Shown here piece after piece: positions 1 through 14,487 of a stretch of DNA of 64,000 nucleotides (within the stretch, counting starts at the first letter, position 1; the number at the start of each line of letters is the position of its first letter). A program made the position numbers and the translations under genes. The DNA is from Nemertoderma westbladi (lineage: Eukaryota; Animalia; Xenacoelomorpha), in contig JAUCBJ010003970.1 in NCBI GenBank assembly GCA_032718475.1, forward strand, positions 5,176 through 69,175, in the 5' to 3' direction. The notes beneath the pieces were generated by a model. That model did no database searches. It saw nothing but the letters and a program-made list of their open reading frames with translations, and was not told where the DNA came from.

Positions 1-3000
1 GTGATGCAACGTTTGGTACACTGTGTTGTGATACAATGTCTGGTACACTGTGTTGTGATACAATGTTTGGTACACTGTTTGGTACACTGTGTTATGATGC
101 AATGTTTAGTACACTGTGTTGTGATACAATGTTTGGTACACTGTTTGGTACACTGTGTTATGATGCAATGTTTGGTACACTGTGTTGTGATACAATGTTT
201 GGTACACTGTTTGGTACACTTTTTGGTACACTGTTTGGTACACTGCGATGTGATACAATGTTTGGTACACTGTTTGGTACACTGTGTTGTGATGCAATGT
301 TTGGTACACTGTGTTTTGATGCAATGTTTGGTACACTGTGTTGTGATACAATGTTTGGTACACTGTGTTGTGATGCAATGTTTGGTACACTGTGTTGTGA
401 TACAATGTTTGGTACACTGTGTCGTAATACAATGTTTGGTACACTGTGTCGTGATACAATGTTTGGTAGACTGTGTGTCGTGATCAATGTTTGGCACACT
501 GTGTCGTGATACAATGTCTGGTACACTGTGTCGTGATACAATGTTTGGTACACTGGGTCGTGATACAATGTTTGATACAATGTTTGGTACACTGTGTTGT
601 AATACAATGTTTGGTACACTGTGTCGTGATACAATGTTTGATACAATGTTTGGTACACTGTTTGGTACACTGTGTTGTAATACAATGTTTGGTACACGGT
701 GTCGTGATACAATGTTTGGTACACTGTGTCGTGATACAATGTCTGGTACACTGTGTCGTGATACAATGTTTGGTACACTGTGTCGTGATACAATGTTTGA
801 TACAATGTTTGGTACACTGTTTGGTACACTGTGTTGTAATACAATGTTTGGTACACTGTGTCGTGATACAATGTTTGGTACATTATGTCGTGATACAATG
901 TTTGGTACACTGTGTCGTGATACAATGTTTGGTACACTGTGCGTCGTGATCAATGTTTGGCCCACTGTGTCGTGATACAATGTTTGGTACACTGTGTCGT
1001 GATACAATGTTTGATACAATGTTTGGTACACTGTGTTGTAATACAATGTTTGGTACACTGTGTCGTGATACAATGTTTGGTACACTGTTTGGTACACTGT
1101 GTTGTAATACAATGTTTGGTACACTGTGTCGTGATACAATGTTTGGTACACTGTGTCGTGATACAATGTGTGGTACACTGTGTCGTGATACAATGTTTGG
1201 TACACTGCGCGTCGTGATCAATGTTTGGCACACTGTGTCGTGATACAATGTGTAGTACACTGTGTCGTGATACAATGTTTGGTACACTGTGTCGTGATAC
1301 CATGTTTGGTACACTGTGTCGTGATACAATGTTTGGTACACTGTACGTCGTGATCAATTTTTGGCACACTGTGTCGTGATACAATGTCTGGTACACTGTG
1401 TCGTGATACAATGTTTGGTACACTGTGTCGTGATACAATGTTTGATACAATGTCTGGTACACTGTTTGGTACACTGTGTTGTAATACAATGTTTGGTACA
1501 CTGTGTCGTGATACAATGTTTGGTACACTGTGTCGTGATACAATGTTTGGTACACTGTGTCGTGATACAATGTTTGGTACACTGTGTCGTGATACAAAGT
1601 TTGGTACACTGTGTCGTGATACAATATTTGGTACACTGTTTGGTACACTGTGTCGTGATACAATGTTTGGTACACTGTGTCGTGATACAATGTTTGGTAC
1701 ACTTTTTGGTACACTGTGTCGTGATACAATGTTTGGTACACTGTGTCGTGATACAATGTTTGGTACACTGTTTGGTACACTGTGCCGTGATACAATGTTT
1801 GGTACACTGTGTCGTGATACAATGTTTGGTACACTTTGTGGTACACTGTGTCGTGATACAATGTTTGGTACACTGTGTCGTGATACAATGTTTGGTACAC
1901 TGTGTCGTGATACAATGTTTGGTACACTGGGTCGTGATACAATGTTTGATACAATGTTTGGTACACTGTGTTGTAATACAATGTTTGGTACACTGTGTCG
2001 TGATACAATGTTTGATACAATGTTTGGTACACTGTTTGGTACACTGTGTTGTAATACAATGTTTGGTACACGGTGTCGTGATACAATGTTTGGTACACTG
2101 TGTCGTGATACAATGTCTGGTACACTGTGTCGTGATACAATGTTTGGTACACTGTGTCGTGATACAATGTTTGATACAATGTTTGGTACACTGTTTGGTA
2201 CACTGTGTTGTAATACAATGTTTGGTACACTGTGTCGTGATACAATGTTTGGTACATTATGTCGTGATACAATGTTTGGTACACTGTGTCGTGATACAAT
2301 GTTTGGTACACTGTGCGTCGTGATCAATGTTTGGCACACTGTGTCGTGATAGAATGTCTGGTACACTGTGTCGTGATACAATGTTTGGTACACTGTGTCG
2401 TGATACAATGTTTGATACAATGTTTGGTACACTGTGTTGTAATACAATGTTTGGTACACTGTGTCGTGATACAATGTTTGATACAATGTTTGGTACACTG
2501 TTTGGTACACTGTGTTGTAATACAATGTTTGGTACACTGTGTCGTGATACAATGTTTGGTACACTGTGTCGTGATACAATGTTTGGTACACTGTGTCGTG
2601 ATACAATGTTTGGTACACTGCGCGTCGTGATCAATGTTTGGCACACTGTGTCGTGATACAATGTCTAGTACACTGTGTCGTGATACAATGTTTGGTACAC
2701 TGTGTCGTGATACCATGTTTGGTACACTGTGTCGTGATACAATGTTTGGTACACTGTACGTCGTGATCAATTTTTGGCACACTGTGTCGTGATACAATGT
2801 CTGGTACACTGTGTCGTGATACAATGTTTGGTACACTGTGTCGTGATACAATGTTTGATACAATGTCTGGTATACTGTTTGGTACACTGTGTTGTAATAC
2901 AATGTTTGGTACACTGTGTCGTGATACAATGTTTGGTACACTGTGTCGTGATACAATGTTTGGTACACTGTGTCGTGATACAATGTTTGGTACACTGTGT

Positions 3001-4150
3001 CGTGATACAAAGTTTGGTACACTGTGTCGTGATACAATATTTGGTACACTGTGTCGTGATACAATGTTTGGTACACTGTGTCGTGATACAATGTTTGGTA
3101 CACTTTTTGGTACACTGTGTCGTGATACAATGTTTGGTACACTGTGTCGTGATACAATGTTTGGTACACTGTTTGGTACACTGTGCCGTGATACAATGTT
3201 TGGTACACTGTGTCGTGATACAATGTTTGGCACACTTTGTGGTACACTGTGTCGTGATACAATGTTTGGTACACTGTGTCGTGATACAATGTTTGGTACA
3301 CTGTGTCGTGATACAATGTTTGGTACACTGTGTCGTGATACAATGTTTGGTACACTGTGTTGTAATACAATGTTTGGTACACTGTGTCGTGATACAATGT
3401 TTGATACAATGTTTGGTACACTGTTTGGTACACTGTGTTGTACTACAATGTTTGGTACACTGTGTCGTGATACAATGTTTGGTACACTGTGTCGTGATAC
3501 AATGTGTGGTACACTGTGTCGTGATACAATGTTTGGTACACTGTGTTGTGATACAATGTTTGGTACACTGTGTTGTGATGCAACGTTTGGTACACTGTGT
3601 TGTGATACAATGTCTGGTACACTGTGTTGTGATACAATGTTTGGTACACTGTTTGGTACACTGTGTTATGATGCAATGTTTAGTACACTGTGTTGTGATA
3701 CAATGTTTGGTACACTGTTGGTACACTGTGTTATGATGCAATGTTTGGTACACTGTGTTGTGATACAATGTTTGGTACACTGTGGTCGTGATCAATGTTT
3801 GGCACACTGTGTCGTGATACAATGTCTGGTACACTGTGTCGTGATACAATGTTTGGTACACTGGGTCGTGATACAATGTTTGATACAATGTTTGGTACAC
3901 TGTGTTGTGATACAATGTTTGGTACACTGTGTCGTGATACAATGTTTGATACAATGTTTGGTACACTGTTTGGTACACTGTGTTGTGATACAATGTTTGG
4001 TACACTGGTGTCGTGATACAATGTTTGGTACACTGTGTCGTGATACAATGTCTGGTACACTGTGTCGTGATACAATGTTTGGTACACTGTGTCGTGATAC
4101 AATGTTTGATACAATGTTTGGTACACTGTTTGGTACACTGTGTTGTAATA
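1..4150. repeat. 27-bp minisatellite (TGTTTGGTACACTGTGTCGTGATACAA) with 12-bp sub-unit slippage and higher-order duplications
   Basis: Direct tandem repetition; runs off the left window edge. All ORFs here (CLVHCVVIQ / MFGTLCRDT / YQTLYHDTV repeats) are translations of the 27-bp unit. Confidence 0.97.
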
Positions 4151-4649
4151 TCCAAATAATAATTAAAGATCAAGAAAAAGCAAATTGATGCGAACTGAAT
4201 AGCGAAATATATTGATAATTACTTGTTATTAATTACATATTGCATATTTAAACCAAGAATAAAATCATATAACGCATTATAGACGCAAAATTATTTGAAA
4301 CCCTTAAATATTAATAAAAAATACAGACAAAATCCATAAATCCGGCATGTCGCCCGAACTATTTGAGGGAATATCAATTGTGGAATATCTATGGTAAATG
4401 TGTGGAACGATTCAGAAGTGGCCCTTTTCCAAAAGTCTCTGTAAGGATCAAAAGCCACAGGACTAATTGTCGGAAGTAACTAATTAGCCTTAGTATAAAA
4501 CAAAAGATAACTGTTCGTTCGCTGACGATGTGTATTAGAGTTCTGCTATCCGGAGTCAACCTGATGGTACTACATACTATAATGAATTAATAATATTTAA
4601 TATTATTAATGAATGGGAGAATCTTTTAGGCTCGCTAAGCCAAGGAATG

Positions 4650-7600
4650 CCTGTACACCACCATGGGTAATCTTCCACAGTAAACCCTTCCACTCTGTTT
4701 CCTAAAGGAATGCCTGTTCACCACCATGAGTGATCTTCCACAGTAAACCCTTCCACTCTGTTTCCTAAAGGAATGCCTGTTCACCACCATGGGTGATCTC
4801 CCACAGTAAACCCTTTCACTCTGCTTCCTAAGTAATGCCTGTTCACCACCATGGGTGATCTTCCACAGTAAACCCGTCCACTCTGTTTCCTAAAGGAATG
4901 TTTGTTCACCACCATGGGTGATCTTCCACAGAAAACCCTACCACTCTGTTCCCTAAAGGAATGCTTGTTCACCACCATGAGTGATCTTCCACAGTAAACC
5001 CTTCCACTCTGTTTCCTAAAGGAATGCCTATTCACCACCATGGGTGATCTTCCACAGTAAACCCTTCCACTCTGTTTCCTAAAGGAATGCCTGTTCACCA
5101 CCATGGGTGATCTCCCACAGTAAACCCTTCCACTCTGTTTCCTAAAGGAATGCCTGTTCACCACAATGTGTGATCTTCCACAGTAAACCCTTCCACTCTG
5201 TTTCCTAAAGAAATGCCTGTTCACAACCATGGGTGATCTTCCACAGTAAACCCTTCCACTCTGTTTCCTAAAGGAATGCCTGTTCACCACCACGGGTGAT
5301 CTTCCACAGTAAACCCTTCCGCTCTGTTTCCTAAAGGAATGCTTGTTCACCACCATGGGTGATCTTCCACAACAGTAAACCCTTCCACTCTGTTTCCTAA
5401 AGGAATCCCTGTTCATTAACATGGGTGATCTTCCACAGTAAAACCTTCCACTCTGTTTCCTAAAGGACTGCCGGTTCATCGCCGTGGGTGATCTTCCACA
5501 ACAGTAAACCCTTCCACTCTGTTTCCTAAAGGAATGCCTGTTCACCACCATGGGTGATCTTCCACAGTAAACCCTTCCACTCTGTTTCCTAAAGGAATGC
5601 TTGTTCACCACCATGGGTGATCTTCCACAGTAAACCCTTCCACTCTGTTTCCTAAAGGAATGCTTGTTCACCACCATGGGTGATCTTCCACAGTAAAACC
5701 TTCCACTCTGTTTCCTAAAGGACTGCCTGTTCACCACCATGGGTGATCTTCCACAGTAAACCCTTCCACTCTGTTTCCTAAAGGAATGCTTGTTCACCAC
5801 CATGGGTGATCTTCCACAGTAAACCCTTCCACTCTGTTTCCTAAAGGAATGCTTGTTCACCACCATGGGTGATCTTCCACAGTAAAACCTTCCACTCTGT
5901 TTCCTAAAGGACTGCCGGTTCACCGCCGTGGGTGATCTTCCACAGTAAACCCTTCCACTCTGTTTCCCAAAGAACTGCCGGTTCACCGCCATGGGTGATC
6001 TTCCACAGTAAACCCTTCCACTCTGTTTCCTAAAGGAATGCTTGTTCACCACCATGGGTGATCTTCCACAGTAAACCCTTCCACTCTGTTTCCTAAAGGA
6101 ATGCTTGTTCACCACCATGGGTGATCTTCCACAGTAAAACCTTCCACTCTGTTTCCTAAAGGACTGCTTGTTCACCACCATGGGTGATCTTCCACAGTAA
6201 ACCCTTCCACTCTGTTTCCTAAAGGAATGCTTGTTCACCACCATGGGTGATCTTCCACAGTAAACCCTTCCACTCTGTTTCCTAAAGGAATGCTTGTTCA
6301 CCACCATGGGTGATCTTCCACAGTAAAACCTTCCACTCTGTTTCCTAAAGGACTGCCGGTTCACCGCCGTGGGTGATCTTCCACAGTAAACCCTTCCACT
6401 CTGTTTCCCAAAGAACTGCCGGTTCACCGCCATGGGTGATCTTCCACAGTAAAACCTTCCACTCTGTTTCCTAAAGGACTGCCGGTTCACCGCCGTGGGT
6501 GATCTTCCACAGTAAACCCTTCCACTCTGTTTCCTAAAGGAATGCTTGTTCACCACCATGGGTGATCTTCCACAGTAAACCCTTCCACTCTGTTTCCTAA
6601 AGGAATGCTTGTTCACCACCATGGGTGATCTTCCACAGTAAAACCTTCCACTCTGTTTCCTAAAGGACTGCCTGTTCACCACCATGGGTGATCTTCCACA
6701 GTAAACCCTTCCACTCTGTTTCCTAAAGGAATGCTTGTTCACCACCATGGGTGATCTTCCACAGTAAACCCTTCCACTCTGTTTCCTAAAGGAATGCTTG
6801 TTCACCACCATGGGTGATCTTCCACAGTAAAACCTTCCACTCTGTTTCCTAAAGGACTGCCGGTTCACCGCCGTGGGTGATCTTCCACAGTAAACCCTTC
6901 CACTCTGTTTCCCAAAGAACTGCCGGTTCACCGCCATGGGTGATCTTCCACAGTAAAACCTTCCACTCTGTTTCCTAAAGGACTGCCGGTTCACCGCCGT
7001 GGGTGATCTTCCACAGTAAACCCTTCCACTCTGTTTCCTAAAGGAATGCTTGTTCACCACCATGGGTGATCTTCCACAGTAAAACCTTCCACTCTGTTTC
7101 CTAAAGGACTGCCGGTTCACCGCCGTGGGTGATCTTCCACAGTAAACCCTTCCACTCTGTTTCCCAAAGAACTGCCGGTTCACCGCCATGGGTGATCTTC
7201 CACAGTAAATCCTTCCACTCTGTTTCCTAAAGGAATGCCTGTTCACCACCATGGGTGATCTTCCACAGTAAAACCTTCCACTCTGTTTCCTAAATGAATG
7301 CCTGTTCACCACCACGGGTGATCTTCCACAGTAAAACCTTCCACTCTGTTTCCTAAAGGAATGCATGTTCACCACCATGGGTGATCTTCCACAGTAAAAC
7401 CTTCCACTCTGTTTCCTAAAGGAATGCATGTTCACCACCATGGGTGATCTTCCACAGTAAACCCTTCCACTCCGTTTCATAAAGGAATGTCTGTTCACCA
7501 CCATGAGTGATCTTCCACAGTAAACCCTTCCACTCTGTTTCCTAAAGGAATGTCTGTTCACCACCATGAGTGATCTTCCACAGTAAACCCTTCCACTCCG

Positions 7601-8190
7601 TTTCATAAAGGAATGTCTGTTCACCACCATGAGTGATCTTCCACAGTAAACCCTTCCACTCTGTTTCCTAAAGGAATGACTGTTCACCACCATGAGTGAT
7701 CTTCCACAGTAAACCCTTCCACTCTGTTTCCTAAAGGAATGACTGTTCACCACCATGAGTGATCTTCCACAGTAAACCCTTCCACTCTGTTTCCTAAAGG
7801 AATGACTGTTCACCACCATGGGTGATCTTCCACAGTAAAACCTTCCACTCTGTTTCCTAAAGGAATGTCTGTTCACCACCATGAGTGATCTTCCACAGTA
7901 AACCCTTCCACTCTGTTTCCTAAAGGAATGCCTGTTCACCACCATGAGTGATCTTCCACAGTAAACCCTTCCACTCTGTTTCCTAAAGGAATGACTGTTC
8001 ACCACCATGAGTGATCTTCCACAGTAAACCCTTTCACTCTGCTTCCTAAGTAATGCCTGTTCACCACCACGGGTGATCTTCCACAGTAAACCCTTTCACT
8101 CTGCTTCCTAAGTAATGCCTGTTCACCACCATGGGTGATCTTCCACAGTAAAACCTTCCACTCTGTTTCCTAAAGGAATGCCGGTTCACC
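4650..8190. repeat. 63-bp minisatellite (CACCACCATGGGTGATCTTCCACAGTAAACCCTTCCACTCTGTTTCCTAAAGGAATGCCTGTT)
   Basis: About 56 tandem copies, with variant types clustered in blocks; gives the 21-aa-periodic 1075-aa minus-strand ORF. Confidence 0.97.
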
Positions 8191-10235
8191 AAGGCTTCCT
8201 AATTGGAAACCCAGGAATGTCACCACTAGACCAAGCTTCTGCTTGGTCTTTTAAGGCATAATATTATTAATATTATTGAATTAATTACAAACACGTCGTG
8301 ATATTATTATGCGTATAGCTAGCTATTTACATCTTATAATTTCTAATGTTAATAAATTTATCATGAAAAATGTCAAATCTCTGTAAAATGAAACTGCAGT
8401 GATGATTATTAGACATAAAATATACACGATATCAAATCTTCTAAATACTGAGTATACAGTATATACTAATCTATAAGTGTAGGCCCTATGCTATACAGTA
8501 CGTTATCACGCGCATCCCACGAACCTATGGTCTCTATCCATAGTATCAAATAAATTATTCACATTCCCCGTCAAGGTCGTGACGCAAAGTATTGAGAAAA
8601 AACGAGCTACCTAATCCAACAAAAAATTCTTCCTGATTATGTGAAATAACACCTGAACCACTATATTGGTTTTTGCCGCAAAGACCAATGCATTTTCCAT
8701 TATTAATATTTAATTGCGCAGCCTTAATGGACTGGCACCGAAGCCTTCCTTTAGGAAACGGAAATCGTGGAATATTTATACTCCCTTGAGATACGCTGGG
8801 ATTTTTAATTATTCATTATTGTCAATCATTTATTCCTAATTCTGCTTCAAATGATAATAATATATAATCCTCAGATTAATTTTGCCTCCTAACTATATAA
8901 AGCAACTGTACTCAATCGTGAGTGATTGTAAAAGTGTGTTGTACTAATGAGTTCCAGTATAACCAATACCATTAGGCCATCCATCAGTACATTATAGTGA
9001 CGTGGTTTGTAAAAGGAAATAGGCATACAAGTAGAAGTAAGCAAACCTAGGCTGGAAAACATTTAATAATTTCTTTGAAACGCCACACCTGTGTCCTTCG
9101 AAGTCATATCAATGCAGCATTCTCAAATAATTAATTATACTTATAATAATACATCATTCTGACGTGAATCCCGTTGCGTGTGTACCATGTGAAAAGAAGG
9201 TAATGAACAAAGATTCTTTTTGGGTAGGGCCTTTTCTAAAACTGAAAGTTTAACGGATCGGGCATCGCATTGTTTTTTCTGTTGCTCGTCTGGTAACTGT
9301 TGCGCTGTTTATCAATAAACAGTAGAATGGTAAAACGTCATTTGCAGCATGCAACAAAATACCATACGCTGTGCGATTTGCAATTGCAAAATACCCTACA
9401 ACCCTGTACCCCCAAAATACCCCCCCCCCCCCCCCCCCCCACACGCATCAGTTCATTTTCTCGTTGTCAGTCATTACGGGGCTGGTGACTCTCCCACAAG
9501 GTCGATTACCAAAGGGAACTGGAGGTTGGAAATTTCATCAGAAGTTGATTACTTGGATTCCGGTTGTTGTGGAATGTGGTATGTAATGGATAAGGTAACA
9601 GGTAGGCCTATCTAAGTTGCAAAGCTGAAAGCTACACAACACACCAGACCTGTTGCCGTACCAGCCAGAGTACCTTAATTAGTTGTGGCGAGGTTAGAAT
9701 GAAACATTGAGTGCGAAATGGAAAGGAAAATTAGTTTAGGTTTGGAGTTCCATCACTTACGTTGGAAAGGTTAACATATTTGGTAAATCTCTCCCAGGAA
9801 ATCTAAATGGTAATCGCCGACATATTCGTTTGTCATCTCTCATCATAATATTGGTTCTAGATTACAGGGTGTACTACACTAGATATCTTGTTTTGTAAAC
9901 TGGAAATAAATAATGATTTTGATTTGTGATCTAAATGGTTTGAATTTAGATCCATTTAAGTCAAAATCCACTGAATTTGACGGATTTCGTTTCCAAATGT
10001 AAATTTTTTATTCCTCTCGACTATTCAGGTACCACAGGCCAATCTTAATTTAAAGCCGGTACTTCCGGAATAAAGATTGTACTTAATTCCTATTTAACAT
10101 GGTTGGAAATGAAACAAAGATAACTTATATTATATTCCTAAAAGTGGCGATCAAATAAATTGGATTCTTTATACAGCTATCCAAATTATCTCTCAGCAAT
10201 TTAATGCGTCGGTATTTGCCTTCTGGTATTTAGGA

Positions 10236-10989
10236 CAGGGGCGTATTAAGGGGGGTGCAATGGGTGCAGCGGTGCAGGTGCACCCGGGCCGCCGCCGCCA
10301 AGGGGCAGCCAGTTGTTTTGTTCAATATAATGTATATAATACATTATTTTTAACGGAATAAGCCACTTACAAACCATTTTATTATTAAATCACCTTTGGC
10401 TTGGAACAATAATGCTATTATCTATCGTTATTTATATCTACTAGCCCATCGCCCATGTCATAAATATTCATTCCAGAACATCTATTTCTTTAACATGGGT
10501 TGAAACAGTCAGCTCGTAGTGTCAGAAACAAGTAGAAACATGGTAAAGTAAACATGAGTTGATTCTATTGGTTGTTCTATTGGTTGTGTGTCAACTTGAG
10601 TAGGAGTAGCCGGTTGGTGTTGCAACTGTACAGTACAATGTTTAAGATAAAATTAATTAGTTAAACTAGTTCTAATTTATTATTTGGCTATTTTATTTTC
10701 TACATAAATATCCGTATATAAAAAGTGCATTTTAAAAGTTTCCAAAAGTTATCCTTTTAATTTATTTTATCCTTAATTTATTTTATCCTTAATTTATTTT
10801 ATCCTTAATTTATTTTATCCTTAATTTATTTTGCCAATTTATAGTTGCGGTTTGTAATTTTTCAATTTGTCGCACAAACTTAAATTTGTAAAAAAAAAAG
10901 CTCTGTTAGGGCGCAATGCATAAGCAATGCATAACACAATAAGCAATGCATAAGACAGATACAACCGCCATGTCCTTAATCCGCCCCTG
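10236..10989. mobile_element. Non-autonomous hAT-like DNA transposon (MITE)
   Basis: TIRs CAGGGGCGTATTAAGG / CCTTAATCCGCCCCTG; 8-bp flanking direct repeat ATTTAGGA (10228-10235) / ATTTAGAA (10990-10997); internal 16-bp TTAATTTATTTTATCC repeat; no ORF. Confidence 0.75.
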
Positions 10990-11064
10990 ATTTAGAACTA
11001 CTGGTACCGGTGTCTGATAGTCACTATCAGACATGCCACTTTTCTACACCTGCTGTGACGGGTC

Positions 11065-11310
11065 TCAGGAATTCTTAGCCCGCGAGTATTCTTAGCCCGT
11101 AGGTATTCTTAGCCCGTGAGTATTCTTAGCCCGTGGGTATTCTTAGCCCGTGGGTATTCTTAGCCCGCAAAACAATAACGTTTATTGTTTTGGTTCCCCC
11201 AATACGCCTCTGAAACCTGCTCCTTTACTAACCTGCGCATTTAATATTGCTAAGATTGCTAAGAATACTCGGGGGCTAAGAATAATCGCGGGCTAAGAAT
11301 TCACCCAATC
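11065..11310. mobile_element. MITE-like element with ~17-bp subterminal repeats in inverted orientation
   Basis: GTATTCTTAGCCCG tandem copies on the left, CGGGCTAAGAAT copies on the right; centre holds the shared GTTTATTGTTTTGGTT...AACCTGCTCCTTT motif. Confidence 0.6.
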
Positions 11311-12919
11311 CTGCGGCGGGGGCATCTACCGCTACTACCTGGATACGAACTTACAGTATACCTGCATAATACTGCAGATTATCAATAAAATACAGCGTCC
11401 CGTAGGCCTACAGTACATACTGTAGGCCTACTGCTGTACTTCAGTATAAATGATACGAGTTATATTTATATGGGAGTAATTTATGGGATGTGATATGAGC
11501 GAGATATAATAGTCGTAAATTGTTATCTAGCACTAATATTAATTTATGAATTCTTATTATATCGGTAAAGTTCCCGTGAGTAAATGCTACGCCGAGAGTT
11601 ACACAATCATGTATGATTGTGTAACTCTTATTATAAGAGACAGGGAGGGAAACTGGAGGCAAATCCCGTCTTGGCGAATTAATATCCCGCCTCAATGTTA
11701 AATTCTCAATTTATGGAAAGATTCAAAATGTACAGGGGGCGCACCGGGCCATTTTAAGTTAAGTACACCAGTCTTTCTGCTTTATATTTCACTTTGTAGT
11801 TTACCCCCATGTGAATACGAGGTTTTTCACTAAAAAGTAAAAACCCAGGTTATACACTTATAGAAGTGCTGAATCTAAACAAAACAATTAACAAATTAGT
11901 ATCTATACATGTTATAAGAGAAAAATAAGCGCTTAAACATTTAATAAGGAGAAATAAATAAAAATACTAATTCTTCATATATATTATATATATATATATA
12001 TATAAATAATACCAATAAAAAAACATGCGTGACGCCCTGATTCATTGGTACGCTTCTGTTAAGTTCTAGGTGGCGTTCTGATAGGCAACACCTGTAGTTG
12101 TCTGTGAAATGTCACCCACATATATTTGTTGATTCTTAACTGTACATACACTAACTCAAAACTAAATTACGAAACATTAATAATAATATTAACAACTACG
12201 AACTAAATGCAACTCACCAAGTAAACCAAAACTATTAACTCCAAAACAAACAAACTGAGTTAGCAACGATTGCCATGCCATCTGGGGTTTTTCATAATTT
12301 TCTAATTAGGTAAGGATATATACTTCGGCTAATAATGTTACGAATAAACATTTCTTAATATTTTATCATCCAATTTACGCCAGTTTGAAAATGAAACTTT
12401 TAGGCATAAGCGCATAACTGATTACAATTATTAGTCACTAGCTACTGTAGGCCAAATTTAGCCAATACAGCATGGCGTACTACAGTTTATTATACTTAGT
12501 TACTAGTACCTTTTAAAACCATTCCCTTATAGAGAGAACGACCAGGACCAGTGAGAGACTAGAGACTTAATATTTTGAATTAAAAAAAGATACCATTACA
12601 AAATTAGCGCACACTATTTTATATCCTCAACAAGTACTATGAGGTTTCATTTGAATTGCACTAATTCTTAGGCAAATGCAGAGATTGGCTTTGATTGGCT
12701 GATGTATTTTTTTAAAGAAGAAGGCCCTGATTCGCCCAATCTTTATAAATGGCCTAATGAATACTGTAAGGCAAGTAACTCAGTATACACCGTGCAAATG
12801 CGTCATTAACATTATGGATATGCGTAGGTTGAATATTATATTAAACTATCAAATGAGTATTATTGATCTTTCCTTCTATTGTGTGTCGGTTTTCTATATT
12901 AAATAATTAATTTTCCGAG

Positions 12920-13140
12920 ACACGGAGGGGGGGACTTGACGCAATTCCAATCTCGGCCTCGTCTCAATGTTAAATTATCAATTAAGGGAAAGGGGCAGGT
13001 TACTTACAGTGTGGCACGGTATTCTAACCAAAATAATAAACGAAAGACAATAGACCAGGTCAGGTTACAGTTTTATTTTTGGGAGTATTCAGCTGGATTG
13101 CGACGGAAGTCATATCTGCGAAGCAGAAGCACGATTAATT
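12920..13140. repeat. Dispersed repeat family A (~230 bp), diverged copy
   Basis: Aligns by eye with 24236-24475, 35520-35745 (reverse), 44225-44345, 56155-56310 and a fragment at 11640-11712 (GCCTCAATGTTAAATTCTCAAT...CAGGTTAC...AACCAAAACAATAAAC). Confidence 0.75.
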
Positions 13141-13344
13141 ACATAAAGCTGCAGTTACGGTAGGCCTACTCTGCTTATGATGTAGGCCTACCATCATACT
13201 CATGTAGGCCTACTCCTGTACTCATATTCATAATAGCACGTAATTCAAAAATAATTGTTTGTAGGCACATAATTCAATATTATTAATTTCAATCTAATAT
13301 ATTTCATAATTATTAAACTGAATTTGTTCCGCTTAGACATCGCC

Positions 13345-14487
13345 ATGGCTGCCGAATTAGATAATATTGACGAACTTCTCGAGGCCTATATCCCCAAGGA
13401 GAAACTCCCCGAGGTCCAACGCATTCTGTATGGGGGGGTTCCCGAACAAATCGAATTCCCAGCCGCTGTCGCCACGACAACAACCGAGCTGGATGTCGAG
13501 ATTAAAGGCTACGAGTTCGGCGCGGAACGCGAACAAAGACGACCGCCGCGCCTGGTTACCATAGCGACGATACAAAACAAGATAGTAGAACCAACGGATG
13601 CGCCGGTACTCCAGCAGATGGCGTCTCTCCACAACCGCATCTCCGATATAACACGCGTAGCTGCGAGCGCAGGCGTCAACGTTCTGTGCTACCAGGAGAC
13701 GTGGAACATGCCGTTCGCGTTCTGCACGCGGGAACGCCTACCCTGGACGGAGTTCGCCGAGTCCGCCGAGGACGGCGCAACAATCCGGCTGTGTCAGAAA
13801 CTCGCGAAAACCCACCGGATGGTAATAATTTCACCTATTCTAGAACGCGACGCTGACGATGTAATGTGGAACACGGCGGTTGTTATAGACGAGAACGGGA
13901 GTATTCTAGGTAAATCCCGCAAGAACCACATACCTCGTACTGGCGACTTTAACGAGTCTACCTACTATATGGAGGGCGGGATGGGGCACCCGGTGTTCGA
14001 TACTCGATACGGGAAGATAGCGGTTAACATCTGTTACGGTCGACACCATCCGCTCAACTGGTTGATGTACGGGTTGAACGGGGCCGAGATTGTGTTCAAC
14101 CCATCCGCGACCATAGGGGGTCTTAGCGAACCGTTGTGGCCGATCGAAGCGAGGAACGCTGCTATTGCCAACTCCTACTTCGTCGCGGCTATCAACCGCG
14201 TTGGCACCGAGGTCTTCCCCAACGAGTTCACTTCCGGTAACCGGAAGTCCGCGCATCGCGATCTCGGTTTGTTCTACGGGTCGTCGTACGTGACGGCCCC
14301 GTCCGGGGCTCGGTGTCCGGGACTGTCCCGGACACGGGACGGACTGTTGGTCGCTCGGATCGACCTCAACCAGTGTCGGCAGGTTAAGGACAGTTGGGGT
14401 TTCCGGATGACCGCGCGGTTGCCGACCTATCTGGAGGAGTTGACGGATTTCCTCCATCCAGATGATAACGTAGATGACGACGAGTGA
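13345..14487 (+). CDS. UPB1: Beta-ureidopropionase (beta-alanine synthase, nitrilase superfamily), single coding exon, 380 aa
   Basis: ATG in a good context (CGCCATGG) at 13345. Catalytic Glu-Lys-Cys motifs [49 protein letters not shown], plus [27 protein letters not shown] and FYGSSY, all diagnostic of eukaryotic UPB1. Confidence 0.96.
   Translation: MAAELDNIDELLEAYIPKEKLPEVQRILYGGVPEQIEFPAAVATTTTELDVEIKGYEFGAEREQRRPPRLVTIATIQNKIVEPTDAPVLQQMASLHNRISDITRVAASAGVNVLCYQETWNMPFAFCTRERLPWTEFAESAEDGATIRLCQKLAKTHRMVIISPILERDADDVMWNTAVVIDENGSILGKSRKNHIPRTGDFNESTYYMEGGMGHPVFDTRYGKIAVNICYGRHHPLNWLMYGLNGAEIVFNPSATIGGLSEPLWPIEARNAAIANSYFVAAINRVGTEVFPNEFTSGNRKSAHRDLGLFYGSSYVTAPSGARCPGLSRTRDGLLVARIDLNQCRQVKDSWGFRMTARLPTYLEELTDFLHPDDNVDDDE

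Noticed and set aside
1-4188. Many long overlapping ORFs on both strands
   Set aside because: Translations of a 27-bp unit that is stop-free in several frames; frames break at variant units.
4781-8008. 1075-aa basic repeat protein (MVVNRHSFRKQSGRVYCGRSP)n
   Set aside because: The unit length is a multiple of 3, so one open frame is expected. Variants are largely non-synonymous, edge units shift frame, and there is no unique N- or C-terminus or splice context. Two 3-bp insertions keep frame but are insufficient evidence.
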